Source: Camelus dromedarius (taxonomy: Eukaryota). From it: a stretch of 64,000 nucleotides of DNA. Under the pieces are notes generated by a model. It was not told the DNA's origin. It saw only the letters and a program-made list of their open reading frames with translations, and ran no database searches. Every line of letters starts with the position of its first letter. The stretch's first letter is position 1. The position numbers and the translations under genes are program-made. The stretch lies in the NCBI RefSeq assembly GCF_036321535.1, contig NC_087438.1, forward strand, positions 79,980,001-80,044,000, in the 5' to 3' direction. Shown here piece after piece: positions 8,751 to 20,850 of this stretch.

Positions 8751-11700
8751 GGGATAACATGATTTAATTGCCAGTAATTTAGAGCATGTGTATTTTTTTA
8801 ACAGGGATTAAAATGTTCATCATGTAGTTGAAAACAGATGTAAATGTTAAAGAGAAAATGGGAAACTTCAAAAACTCTTTTTGCTTACAGCCTGCGACTT
8901 CAGGCTAAACTCTCAGAGCTACTGAGAGGATATCTGCACCCCGCTCCCTAAGTGTGGTGACTTGGAAGGGGAAGTGTAAGAAACCGTAGGTGTATATTGT
9001 AAATGTCCCCCAAAGTCTTTACATAATCTCTTTGCCACTCTTGAAGAAGAGGGCCCGGATAGTTCTGTCTTGTTCAGGCTCATTAGTTAGAAGCTGCTCA
9101 GGAATTAGAATTTAAGTTTCAAATGAGTCGATTTTGCTTCCCTAAAACTTTGATTTTTGTCATCATTATGCAAATAGTTCTCAATACACCAGCCTCATTT
9201 AATGCTAAAATTAGGAACACATTAATTTGAGGGATTTTATAGTAAAGCTTAATGGCATTTATGATTTCAGAGAATTTCAAGGATTTATCATTGCTTCCTT
9301 CCCCCTCCCTCCCCTCTCCCCTTGCCATACATACCTCTTGAATCTTTGTAAAGGCCCTTTGCTTTTCTCTGCCATGTGAGGTTATACTTGCTGACTGGAG
9401 ACCTGGGATCCAAGTCCAAGTGATGGCAGTTTTCATAGCCCGCTTTATTCGTTTTATTTGAAATGGAAAGTTGTTAGTTTTTATTTCAAAAGAAATAGTC
9501 TGCAAAGACAAGAAAGTTGAAGCAGGTCCAGCCTATAAATTTGTAAGGAAGAGGATGCTGCAGGATTAGAGAAAGTCTTTTAATCCCCAAGGCAGGAAAA
9601 ATAATGAATATATAATAATGTTCTCTTAGTAAAATCAGAGTTCAGTCATTTTTAGCATCTTTTAATGAGAATGTGAGAATCTCATTCTATAAATGACTTG
9701 GTTTTTAAAAAATATTTTTTCTTCAAAGAAATCTAGGTAAAGGAAAGAAGGGGAAAGCAGTTAACAGTAAATTTAATAGTTGCATTTATTTCTGAAACTG
9801 AATTTTAAAGAACACAATACATCCTTCCTGAATTGTTTAAGGGAAAGTCAATAATAAGATTTTTCTCATCTTTAACAAATGTCAATTTGCTGTGAGGCAT
9901 GGAGCTCAGCGATTCTTCAAGGTCTTTCCCCAGATCTCCTGGCTTCTGAGATAACCTGATTTTCTTTGTGCTCTCTTTCCAGTCCACGGTTCAGATTCTT
10001 CCTCCAGGTTCAGCCAGGCTACCTATGAACAGAGCAAAAAGCTGTCACAGGCTGCTCTAACCTGCCAACATTGGAAGCTTCAGTGTTTCTCCCCGTCCAG
10101 GAATGTGGTTATGCTTTGGCAGCAGAGCCCAGTAATTTTCCAAATGATCGGAGAAAGTAGTGACTCATACCTCCCAGACCATGTGCTCTACTTTGCAATC
10201 CAGCCTCTCACTCTATTACATGCTGATGTAAGTAGTCCTGTGAACATCAGGGGATTTAAGAAATATTGGCTGAATGAATTAATGGAGTACAGAAATAGTT
10301 TTTCTTCCACTGCCTCTCTTATTTGCACAGAGCCATCTGAATTCTTAAAAACAAACAAAACCATCATAAACCCAAGATTTTTACAAGAGTAGATTTCAAA
10401 TGGCTTTAGCCAAATACACTGGTAATCCTTCCAGGGAACAGCTACTTCTCTTCTGGGGAGAATCACCTATAGTCACTGATCCTTTCATTCACCAAACAGG
10501 AGCTATATATGAGGTGAATTAAAGCCTCATAACCTGCTAGAGACTCAGATTTCTCCATCCCGAATGCTGAGTGATTTCCCCCACTGCTGTGCAATTTATG
10601 GTGGTCCTGAAGTTGACCTAAGCATGCTTCTGGTACTGATGCTGCAGAGACTGAAAAACAATTACATTCCTACCAATTTCAGGGGTGAGTGATGTGACAG
10701 GGTCAGCTGGAGTGCTGCAGAAAGACGTCAGCAACATTCTTACATTGAGGTGTATGTTAAGTGTGTATAGATTTTGTGAACTCATTACCCAGATTTTAAT
10801 TTCCTGTTGAAAAGGCTGTCTTGATTAAAGGCACACATCCACACACTGCCTGCAAAGAGGCTTTCCTTGCTGATGTGAGTAATTCAATGACAAGGTTTTA
10901 GAAAGAAGTCTCCCTTTACGTGGCCCAGATTGTTCCAAAGTATTACAACTATACGGGCTGGGCAGAGATCTGAAAAAGTTCACATAGATAATGCAGAATG
11001 CAAGTAAGATGCAGAGAGTCTTGCAGAAAGCTGTCCAGTAACACTTTAGTTAAACTTTTCCCTGCATAACCAAGAGTTGCGTTTGGATGTGGAGTCCAGT
11101 GTGTGGGATGAGTTTAGTCTTAGTAGAGGGATGATTCATAACATCTAACTTTCCTACCCCATGATGGAAAAGACCCTCTCAGAGTTTTGGTGCTCCTTAC
11201 TGCAAAGTGTGTTCCGTACTTTGCTTGTGACAGGTCTAAAGTAACTAGAGGAGTCATCAGTTGTCAGCCGGTTTGGGTACATCAGCTTTCTGGACTTGAC
11301 AACTGCCCAGCGCCAGCGTTCCTCACTCAGCAGGCTTGGAGGACTCTAGGAGTAGCCACCTCTGCTAGATGTGCTGTTAACCTCCCTTGTATATTTGGGC
11401 CAGTGGTCTTAGGAAGTTCTGCTGGGCAGACTCGGATGTGTTGATAGGTGCCCGGAGCTAATGGGTCAGCAGAGTGTGACCACCCTCTGTAGGGTTATTC
11501 CTTCAGGCACTCAGTGAGAATTTGCTCACATGTACTGATTTTACAGTGCTATGGTTCTCCTCCACTGGCTTCCGGGAACACTTTCTCCCCTTCTCTCATT
11601 TTCCTGGTTCCTTTTCCTTTTTATTAATTCTTCTTTTAGTTCTGTAGTCCACGCTGGGGGATTCAGGGTTACAAAAGTGTCTGCTTAAAAATGTGGGGCC

Positions 11701-14494
11701 TCAAAAAGTAAAATTTTCTTTCTGTATGATCAATTTGGGGGGAAGTAAAAACTCCTCCTATAATTAAATAATTATTCCTCACTTTATCAGCTTTCTAAGA
11801 CTAAATTATATGTATTTTAGGCTTTACTACAGAAGCCACCTCTACTTCATAAGCTTCTCTGTGTAGGGTTTCGAATAGAACATGTTTATAGGGAGAGAGT
11901 GAATGTTTTATAGGGAGAGGAATGCTTCTGTTTCTCCACCCACTTTCCTGTCGTCTCCCTTTCTACACCCCCCCCCCCATCTTTTAAGGGAGAATGGTTC
12001 GCCATTCTGTTTGGTCAGTTGTAAAATATTGGTTGGCCACAATTACTGATGGAGAAAGTACTATAAAAAGACCATGCCTATGCGTGGTGAACCTCTTTTA
12101 CACTTCCTGCTTTCACTCCGTGGGTTGGAATTGCCAGAGGAACCAGGAGAAAGAGGGCTTAGCCATCTCTCTCCACCTCAGCAAAGCGTCGTTGCTTTAG
12201 TTTTGTGCCATGTGGCTGGCAGGCACTAGTGACAGTCTGAGCTGAAGCTCAGGTATGTCAGGGAGGAGGGAGGGAGAGCCCATCTCAGGCCTTAAGAGTG
12301 AACCATGTGCTCTAACCCAGCCTTGGCAAGCTCTGAAAGGTAATAATTGTGTTTCTCATTTGCCATCAGTCTTCCTCTTGCCTGGGAATGTCAAGGGTTG
12401 AGGAGTGATTGGCAGAACAAGATGTGGGCATTTGGAGGTTCTCTAGTCAAATGCCATTAAATGCAATCACAATTTCCCCTCTGTCCTTTATAGCTTTTCT
12501 TAGCAAATCTGTCTTATTTTTCTGTAGTAAACATGTATAGAGAGCTATGGGCAAAAATATCAAAGGTATTATTCATACCTCTCAACTCTCAAGTAGGCAC
12601 TGAGTAAGAGAAGAGGGCTTTGCAATCAATGACTGACTCCCTCTGAAGATGACCAGGTTGACGTGTCTAACCCTCCATTCTTAGCGAGCGAAATACCCAT
12701 TTCTCTGAAAACAGAGAGGAGACGTTGCTGAGTCACTTTCAAAGGCTCCTTGGTTACCCACCAGCCACAGCTGGACCTGTGAGACCAGTTCACAGCAAGA
12801 TGGAGACTGACCTCACACTCACCTTCCTCTACATTTCTGAGTGAAAACTTGAACTTCAGTCTCTGCCTCCGGCTCCCTGGGAAGCTAAGGAGACATGGAA
12901 TGTACCTGATAGCCTGACATGATTCTGTCTTCTAACCATTTGTGGAAGGAAGAGAACCATTGAAAACAGGGCTCCTTTCTTTCTAGACTAAGTGTTTAGA
13001 GTGCAACACAGCTAAGTAGGAAACTGAGAAGACAAGAGGATGAGCTATTAGCTGCCTGATCAAGTTACCCTTTTGTGCTCCAGTAACCGATGTCCAGGCC
13101 ACTTCAGGGCTGCCTTTGTGCCTCCTCTTCTAAATGTGTTTGGTTATCTACAAGTGGGGCTGATTCCCATCATATGAAACCCGCAGGATTTGCTACAGGC
13201 AGGGGAGTCACTGAATTAAAGACTTCTTCCATATGTTAGTTTCACACTGACGTATTTAACCCATACTAGTGTGTATCAAAGCAGAGCAAACTGATTTTGC
13301 AGTGCCAAGTTGTTTCTGCCTCAAATAATTAACCACGGCCATGCCCAAATCTATGAACATGTTTATTGGCTGAACTTCACCCACGAAATATGTAACAGGT
13401 AGGAGAAAAAATACCCTAATTATATTAGTGATGTTTAGCTTTAAAGAGCAAGTAACATTTTGGTTCCCTGCAGGGAGTTCTGAAATTCCCCAGGATATGT
13501 TCAGAGTAATTCAGCTTGCATGCTGCTTTCTGCTTCTTCAGGACTGCTGTTGTAGGGGAGGAGAGCCAGATGGCAAGGCTTCCTCTCCCAGACCGAGCAG
13601 CTTGTCCTCAGGTTCTGTCCCCTCCAGCTGTTCCCAGCTTGTTCCCAGCTTCCTCCCCATGTGACTCCACAGCAGCCCCAGGGTAGGCAGAGTGGGAGCC
13701 ACACCACCAGGAGCTTACGCTTTATGCATAGGGAGACTCTAAACCTCAGACAGCAGTGCCCAGGATGCCCAGACAGAGCTCTGGTGTATTCCACTGTGAG
13801 GTTTCTGCTGCCAAAATGCAATAGATAAATGAAGTGAGCAGTTGCTTTGCATTTATACCCATTTTTCTTCATTTATTTAAAAAGTGGCGGGGCAGAGAGT
13901 AATGGAAAAAGGAATGGACAAAGGTTTGTGTGTGTGTGTGTTTTTAAAGGTATTATATTTAACAAAAAATGTACTTTGGTAACTCTATATTATATTCAAA
14001 TAGGATTCTAGGCAGGACCTCAGCTGGGCAACTCTGTTTGCTTATTCATTCATTTATACATTTATCCACCAGCTGTCTAACAGGCCAGCAAGTGAGGCTC
14101 TCCTGGAACCTCCTTGAATTGATATTACCATGAAGGCATTGCCGAGGGCCTCAGGAAGAGGCTGATCAGGGAGCAGAGAAGCTCTCCCTACTGAGTCCTC
14201 CAGCAGCTCTCTGGCAGTGGGAAGAAAGATGGGGAAATAGGAGTATGAGCCACTTCTGAGGAGCTACGGTTGGTCCTTGCTTGTTCAGACATAGCATTAC
14301 CTTCAGCTTAGCTCCTCACTTAAAGAGACTTCCAGTAAGTAAAAGAGCATAGTGCTGGTAACAAAGACTAATTAACTGCCTGCTTGGTGCCGGGAATTCA
14401 AAATAAGTGAGACAGGGCCTCATCCCTGTGGCCTTAATACCAGAGGGACTATCACCCAGCTTGGTGGGGCACAGCAATGCCCACTGGAAGTGCG

Positions 14495-14670
14495 CAGCAC
14501 TTTACAGTTTATAAAGCCCCTCACACTCCTAATCTTGTTTGATCCTCACGGTATTCTTGTTTAGTAACTTGGACAAGCATTATTTCCACTTTATGGATGA
14601 ATAAACTGAAACCAAGGCATCTAAGTCACTTACCCAAGATTACACAGGCTGCACTCAGGATTTCCAATGC
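14495..14670 (-). mobile_element. MIR SINE
   Basis: ATTATTTCCACTTTATGGATGAATAAACTGAAACC...AAGTCACTTACCCAAGATTACACAG. Confidence 0.75.
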
Positions 14671-14699
14671 CTGGTTTAGGGCTCTTTTCATACCAGTTT

Positions 14700-15530
14700 T
14701 TGCCTCTCAGCGGCCAATGTCCTCTTCAGTACCTGCTCTGCAGTGATGGTTGGAGTCCTTTTAAGCTCTTCTTCTTTACAGCGAGCGCCATGTTGAGCTT
14801 TCTCAGTGGAGGGCCCTGGGGGGACAATGCGGGAGGAAGAGGCGTCTGCAGGTTCCGCCAGCTGCCCTGTTGGTCACCGGTCTGGGCTTGCAGGCATCTG
14901 GTGAGGCTCCGCCCCAGCCGTGGCTCCAGAGCACGCAGCTCGGCAGCCTTGCAGCCCTGGCCTAGCCTGGTGAACCCTCCCGTGTGGTTCTCCCAACACG
15001 GAACCAGCATACCCTAGGCCTCTTGCCCAGGCATTACGTCCAGTGCCCACTCTCCTGCCCACCAGCTGTGACTCACCTGTGTCCCGATTCCACTGCTCAC
15101 AAGCCCGCTGCCCCTCAGCTTTACTGTCCTGACAGGAACACTGGGTGTGCCAAGCCTGCTACAAACAGTGGCATTCCCTGTGCAGCTGTGCACATCTGGT
15201 CACTGGCTGTAGCTTACCCTCACTTCCCAGATGGTCGCTTCCTACTCTCCCCTTGACTGTAGATCAGCTCCAGCCTGGGAAAACCGACAAATTTCTCTAC
15301 AACCAATGGACTTCAGCTACCTTCTGCAGCCAGGTATGAATCCCAGCCTTGAGGCGGAGGCATTCCCTTCCAAGCTCATTTTTCCTTGGGCTCTCCCTCA
15401 GTCCTGTGGTACCCTACAGAGTTCTCAAATCCTGTAGTTACTGTTTTAATCATAACTTAATAATTCTTTGTGAAACTTCCCTTATTTAAATCGCTCTGTG
15501 TTTTCTGGCTCCTGACTGGTCCCTGAGTCA
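14700..15530 (+). mobile_element. Probable ERVL-class LTR (family uncertain)
   Basis: GC-rich block ending TAATAATTCTTTGTGAAACTTCCCTTATTTAAATCGCTCTGTGTTTTCTGGCTCCTGACTGGTCCCTGA, which resembles ERVL LTR 3' ends. The 5' boundary is unclear. Confidence 0.45.
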
Positions 15531-15957
15531 CCAGCTGTCAGTGTGGAGTCACAGACAAGGTAAGGGAACAAAGTTTCTCATGGGCTACATCTTGTCGTAC
15601 GCCTCTGATCACTGCAGGCACCTGCCTACCCTGATGCCTGTCACACAGAAGGTCCTGAATGAGGATCGATGAACTGTGCACAGGTTCACACTCCTATTTT
15701 ATGGATGTAATGGCAGCCCACGGAAGCAGCCAGCACGCAGGAAGGAGTCAGGAATTTGTTTGTTCACATGGTCAGTCACTTATCTGTTCAGTGAAATTGA
15801 TCAGATGTCATTTGGGAGCAGCAGCTTTGATGCTCGACTGGGTGGCCAAGTAAATGTTGGCTACCAGAGGACAGGCTAAAGAACATTCTGGAAGACTGGA
15901 CGGACCCAACATGGAAAGGCCCAAAAGGAAGTAGGGAGATACCGAGTGGTCTAACCA

Positions 15958-16056
15958 CCTGTGAGGCTCAGAGAAGACAGGGGACTTACCTAAGGTCGTG
16001 TGGCCCCTTCTTGGTGGAACCAGGACTAGAACGTGGGTCTCATGGTCCTCAGTCCG
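15958..16056 (-). mobile_element. MIR fragment
   Basis: GAGGCTCAGAGAAG...GACTTACCTAAGGTC...GGACTAGAAC. Confidence 0.7.
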
Positions 16057-17275
16057 AACCCTTACCATTACACCGCATTGCTTCTCCAAGTGGGGTGGGA
16101 AGAGGGGGTGATAAAAACTGCCGTCTCAGGAAATGGTGGACAATGCCCCCAAAATGGTTGTCCCTTACCTAGCAGTTCAGAAGAGTCTATTTGGGGGAAT
16201 TCAAGAAATTCCCCTGCCAATGCGATTACCTTAGAGAAAGCAAGTAGCAATCTGTTAAATGTGCTGAATTTGGAGCTTGACTCCTCTCAGGGTAATTGGC
16301 CACCTGTTAAGCCACAGTATCCCAGGCTCTGTGGGCAAAGCCAAATGTTCCTTGTCCTCCCCTCCTCAAAGCATCATTGGTTCCTCTGAGGTGGTCTTAT
16401 ACCCCCATGTAAAGCCTCTCCATCACTCCTTTCCAACATCTGTGGCTTAATTGTCCTAGTGACTTTCCTTTATCATGTTGGTTTATTTAGCAGGGCATTT
16501 TGCTATTTCTGATCAGATGTTTTTTTCCCGGGAGCCAACGCATGGGGTTTTTTATTAAGTGCGGGAGAGCCAACAGAGCCTGTTCCACATACTCCTCTGA
16601 AATTTCCCCCAAAGCATGACTTCTCGCTTGAATCCTACAATGAATGTATGGGCATATGTGACACACTGTGTGTCATTAATTTTTCATCAACAGATGGGTC
16701 ACATACGAGCCAAGGGGGAGTGTGGATGTAGCAAGAGCTGTGTGAGTTAAGTCAAGCCATGTTTCGAATGTCTTTGTTGGCTGCCATTGGGAAGGAGCCC
16801 ACGCAGATTAATTGATTTGGGATGTGCATACGCCTCTGTGGTGGGAAGCAAGAGACGTGTGGGTCTAGAGAAAATAGGCCTGCCTGTGAGCATCCTGGGA
16901 GAGGCCAGATTCTCTTCAAGGAGTTACAGTGAAATGAGAGCTGCACTTTGCAGGCTGGCCCTGGCTAGAGATGCATCTTGTTGGGAGCTGCAGATACACA
17001 GGAAATAAAATTTCCCTCACTGGGGAATCTGCTTCAGTGAGGATGTCTCTGTTGACCTGGCCCAGTGAAATCAGTGAGGAAGGATACTGCCAGGATTTGC
17101 AAATGCTTGGGTTGTGCACTTCATAACCTGGGCTTGCTGTCAGAGCCAGTACTGAGGCCCTTCCTGGCCTGATGGTTTTCTTCAGGGCCACCGTTTTTCC
17201 TCCCTCTCTCCACCCCTGACTCTCTGAGTCTTGCTTATGTACTGTTCTAGAGATCCAGTGTTTCCTCTGGGAATA

Positions 17276-17595
17276 CAAGCATACCTCAGAGACATCACGG
17301 GTTCAGTTCCAGATCATCACAATAAAGGGAATATCACAATAAAGAGAATCACAAAAATTTTGGGGTTTCCTAGTGCATATAAAAGTTATGTTCACACTAC
17401 ACTGTAGTATATTAAGTGTGCAATAGCATTATGTCTAAAAAGAGAGGGACATCCCTTAATTTTAAAACAATGCTGTTGGAAAAACGGCGCAGATAAACTT
17501 GCTCGACAGAAGGTTGCCACAGATTTTTCGACTTGTGCAAAGAGCAATCTCTGAAGCACAATAAAGCAAAGTGCAAAAAAAATAAGGTGTGCCTG
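17276..17595 (+). mobile_element. Internally deleted Tigger1 (320-bp non-autonomous MITE) with TA target duplication
   Basis: Left TIR CAAGCATACCTC, right TIR AAGGTGTGCCTG, TA at 17274-17275 and 17596-17597. The Tigger1 left end (GTGCATATAAAAGTTATG) is joined directly to the right end (TGCTGTTGGAAAAACGGCGC...GGTTGCCACA). Confidence 0.92.
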
Positions 17596-17934
17596 TACAC
17601 GGCTTCTCCTTTTGTCGTATTTATTCAATCAAGAGGCACTGTGCTAGGGTCCAGGAATACAACAGCTCTTCATGGGACTTATTTGTTAGCCAAGTCCTCA
17701 TCCCTATCTTGTAACACCTAGGACAGGATTCTGTGAGCAGGGACATTCAGAAAAGGGGCCTTCCAGACCTGGGATGTCAGAGAGTTGGAGAGGAAGGCAG
17801 TCCCAAGCCTGTGGTCCAGCAGTTGGCTAGAGCTCAGGTCTTAGACTGGCATAACTTGTTCCACTGCAGTGTGTCATCCTGGAGAGTGAGATCCAGCTGT
17901 CTGAAAACTAAGTATAAAAATAACTAGAATTTTT

Positions 17935-18520
17935 TTTTGATTTTTAGTCAAATTTGTTGAGGTTTGATTTACATACAATAAAATATACTCATTTTAATTG
18001 TACAATTCAATCTAAGTTTTGAATGTATTCATGAAGGTAACCACCATTATAGTCAAGATACAGAACATTTCCATCATCCCAGAAGATCTCTTGAACTCCT
18101 TTGCAGTCAGTCTTTCTAACCCTGGTCCCAGGCAACTACTGTTTCTTTTCTGTCATTATAGATTAGTTTTGCCTATCCTAGAATTTCATGTAAATGGAAA
18201 ACATACAACATGTGCTCTTTTGTATCTGGCTTCATTTGCTCAGCATGATTTTTAGATTTATCCATGTTGCTGTAGGTACCCAAAGTTGTAGCTTTTTATT
18301 GCTAAAGAGTATTCCACTGTGTGGATATGCCACAAAAATGTTAATCTGTTGATGATGGGATTTTGGATTATTTCCAGTTGGGGCTATTATGAGTAAAGCT
18401 ACTGTGAACCTTTGTGTCTGTCTTCGGCAGGGCACATGTTTTCACTTTTCTTGTGGAAACACCTAGGTACTAATGAATTGTATAGAAAGTGTTTGTTTAT
18501 AAGAAATTGCCAATTTTTTT
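17935..18520 (-). mobile_element. L1M (L1MB/MC-like) 3' fragment
   Basis: CAGAACATTTCCATCATCCCAGAA, CAGCATGATTTTTAGATTTATCCATGTTG, TTTCCAGTTGGGGCTATTATGAGTAAAGCT. Confidence 0.85.
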
Positions 18521-18964
18521 CCAATTAAAGATGGCTTTGCATGAAATGTTGGCAGCTGCAAATACTGGATAGTCAGCTATAGTATAATGGTCCCAAACAA
18601 GGCACCTTGAAAGACAAAGGGCAGGAGAATCCTCCCAGGAGGCACAACTGTGATGAGCACATACTGTTGTCCACCTGGTGGAAAGTAGATGCAGCCTGAG
18701 CCCAGGAACACAATTTATGAGGATCCCAGCAGGAATTTAAATCTTGCACAAGGATCAAAAGTAACTGAAGCTCCTACTTTATACGTATAAAGTATTTGAA
18801 GGCTCTGCTAGCCACTCAGCCACTGTTCATCTGCATGCATAAGCCTGAGGGACGCCCAGCCAGGAATTACAGATTTTACCCATCATAGGTGACAGGTAGC
18901 AGGAAAAATATGTCCTTAGAGAACTGGGGTGAAGTCACTGAACTTTACTCCAAAGGCTTCAAAT

Positions 18965-19080
18965 ACATTCAGTTCAATTTAGCAATCATTTATTAAGCAA
19001 ACGTTGACTCTGGATCAGGCACTATGCCAGCTACTGGGGATATGGCCACACACAAAGCATGGTGCCTGTCTCAAGCCTCT
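18965..19080 (-). mobile_element. L2 3' tail
   Basis: TTCAATTTAGCAATCATTTATTAAGC...GGCACTATGCCAGCTACTGGGGATA. Confidence 0.7.
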
Positions 19081-20039
19081 TTGGGATATCTCCCTCCACT
19101 GTCCAGGAACTGAAATAATTTTTCCTAGAAACCCAGGCCAGATCTCTATTGCATTTTGTATCCTGCTAAGGTAAGAGCCTGGCATGTTGGTGAGTACGGA
19201 GAGCCAGATGGTTGTGAAACAGAGGAGGGGATTGGGAAGTGATAGATGAGTTAATGGCTAAAGCTGTATTTCTGAACCCTCCTCTGCAACTGGTGGTAGA
19301 TAAAGCCATGAGTCCCAGCAGACTCCTGTTAATGATCAGATCCTGTGATAATCCTGACAGTCCCACTTGAGGCATGATTTTGAGCCCATTCTGAACTCAA
19401 GAGCTGGAAATTGGAGTATCATACTCATTAATGTTAGACTCAGATTGCGTATTGTCATGCTTATGGTGGGGGTGGCTTGGTTCTCAATTTAGTTCTCTAA
19501 GTTTTAGCTACAATCTCCTTCCATTTCTCCCCAGCATGCATGATACATTGATGAGTCATAGACTTGGGCTAAGTTTACACACAGAATTAGGATGTCATTC
19601 TCTCTGGCTCTTTCCTAAGGTTCTGTCTTCATTCTTCAGTGGCTGTGGTTGTCCATGTACCTTGCCCTGCTTCCTCTGACAATAAGCTGATGGGTTGTCC
19701 TATTGGACCCTCGGTGTTACATTAGATGCCTGTGGTCTGCCCTCAGGGTAAAGTAACACAGATGGAATTCATTTTGTGCCAATCACTTTTCTAAATTTCA
19801 ATTATTTTCCATAATAGGCCTGTGGTTTTCAATCTTCAGAGCCTTCAGATAGATTTTTTTCCCCCTTTTTTGTTTTTCAGGGCTTATAGCTATTATTTGA
19901 AGGAGAATGGGTTTATTAGGAGCTGTTTCCTTCTAACTAAAAACAGAGACTCTGAGATACTTTTTTGCAGTTCTTGAATGTCAATTTGACTCTTTTAAAA
20001 TAGAGATTCAAATACTTTGTTGTAGTGCTTCATTTATTT

Positions 20040-20850
20040 CCATTCATTATTTTCATCCTTTTTCTCGTTTTATCTTTATATTAATCTTATTTCTTTTGAA
20101 ATCCTTGTCTACAAACTTAACTGTCTGGTTTATTTTTCAGTCAGCTTCTAATGACTGTTTTATCTCTTGATTATCAGTCACTTTCCTGTTTCTTAACTCT
20201 AATTTTATTGAACACTGGACATTGTAGATTTTAAACATTTTAGAGGCTTCAAATGATTTTATCTTTCACCAGTTAATTTACCTTTGCCTTTATGAGGCTT
20301 ACAGAGTGGGTATTGATTACTTAATCCAATCAGGGACTGAGCTAAGAGAGTACTTACTTGAAATTAAGTCTCAGCCTACCTCTGGTTCATCCCAGGGATG
20401 AACCTAGGGTACTGCTCTCTAAATCTTTCCTAGTATGGTCATTGGATCCCTCCATCTTGGTAAGTCTTGAACTCTATCCTTCATTTCTTCATCACTGTGA
20501 AACTACTCCAAAGTCCATTATGCTTTCCAAAGGCTTTCTGCTCAGCTTTTTTTGGCTCACAATCCGTTTTAACTTCAGAACCTGGCAGATGTCTTTGGGA
20601 AGAACTCAAGGTGTGTTGAAGCCACTCAGGTTTTCAGACCTGTGAGACTGCCAAAAACTTCTGGTTTCTCTCACTCTGCTCAGGTAAAGCCTGAATCAGA
20701 CACTTGCCCTTTGGCCAAAATCAACAAATGCCTCCAGAGAAAAATAAGCCACAGAAGGTCAGTTCACTTCTCTTCAGTCTTTCTCCATAATCTTTACCCC
20801 TATTATCCCCTCAGATGTTTTTATGCAAATGATTTTCTTAAATTTTTTTT
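20040..20850 (-). mobile_element. Old L1M 5' region fragment
   Basis: T-rich with TCAGTCACTTTCCTGTTTCTT...AACACTGGACATTGT, typical of antisense L1M 5' portions. Confidence 0.5.
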
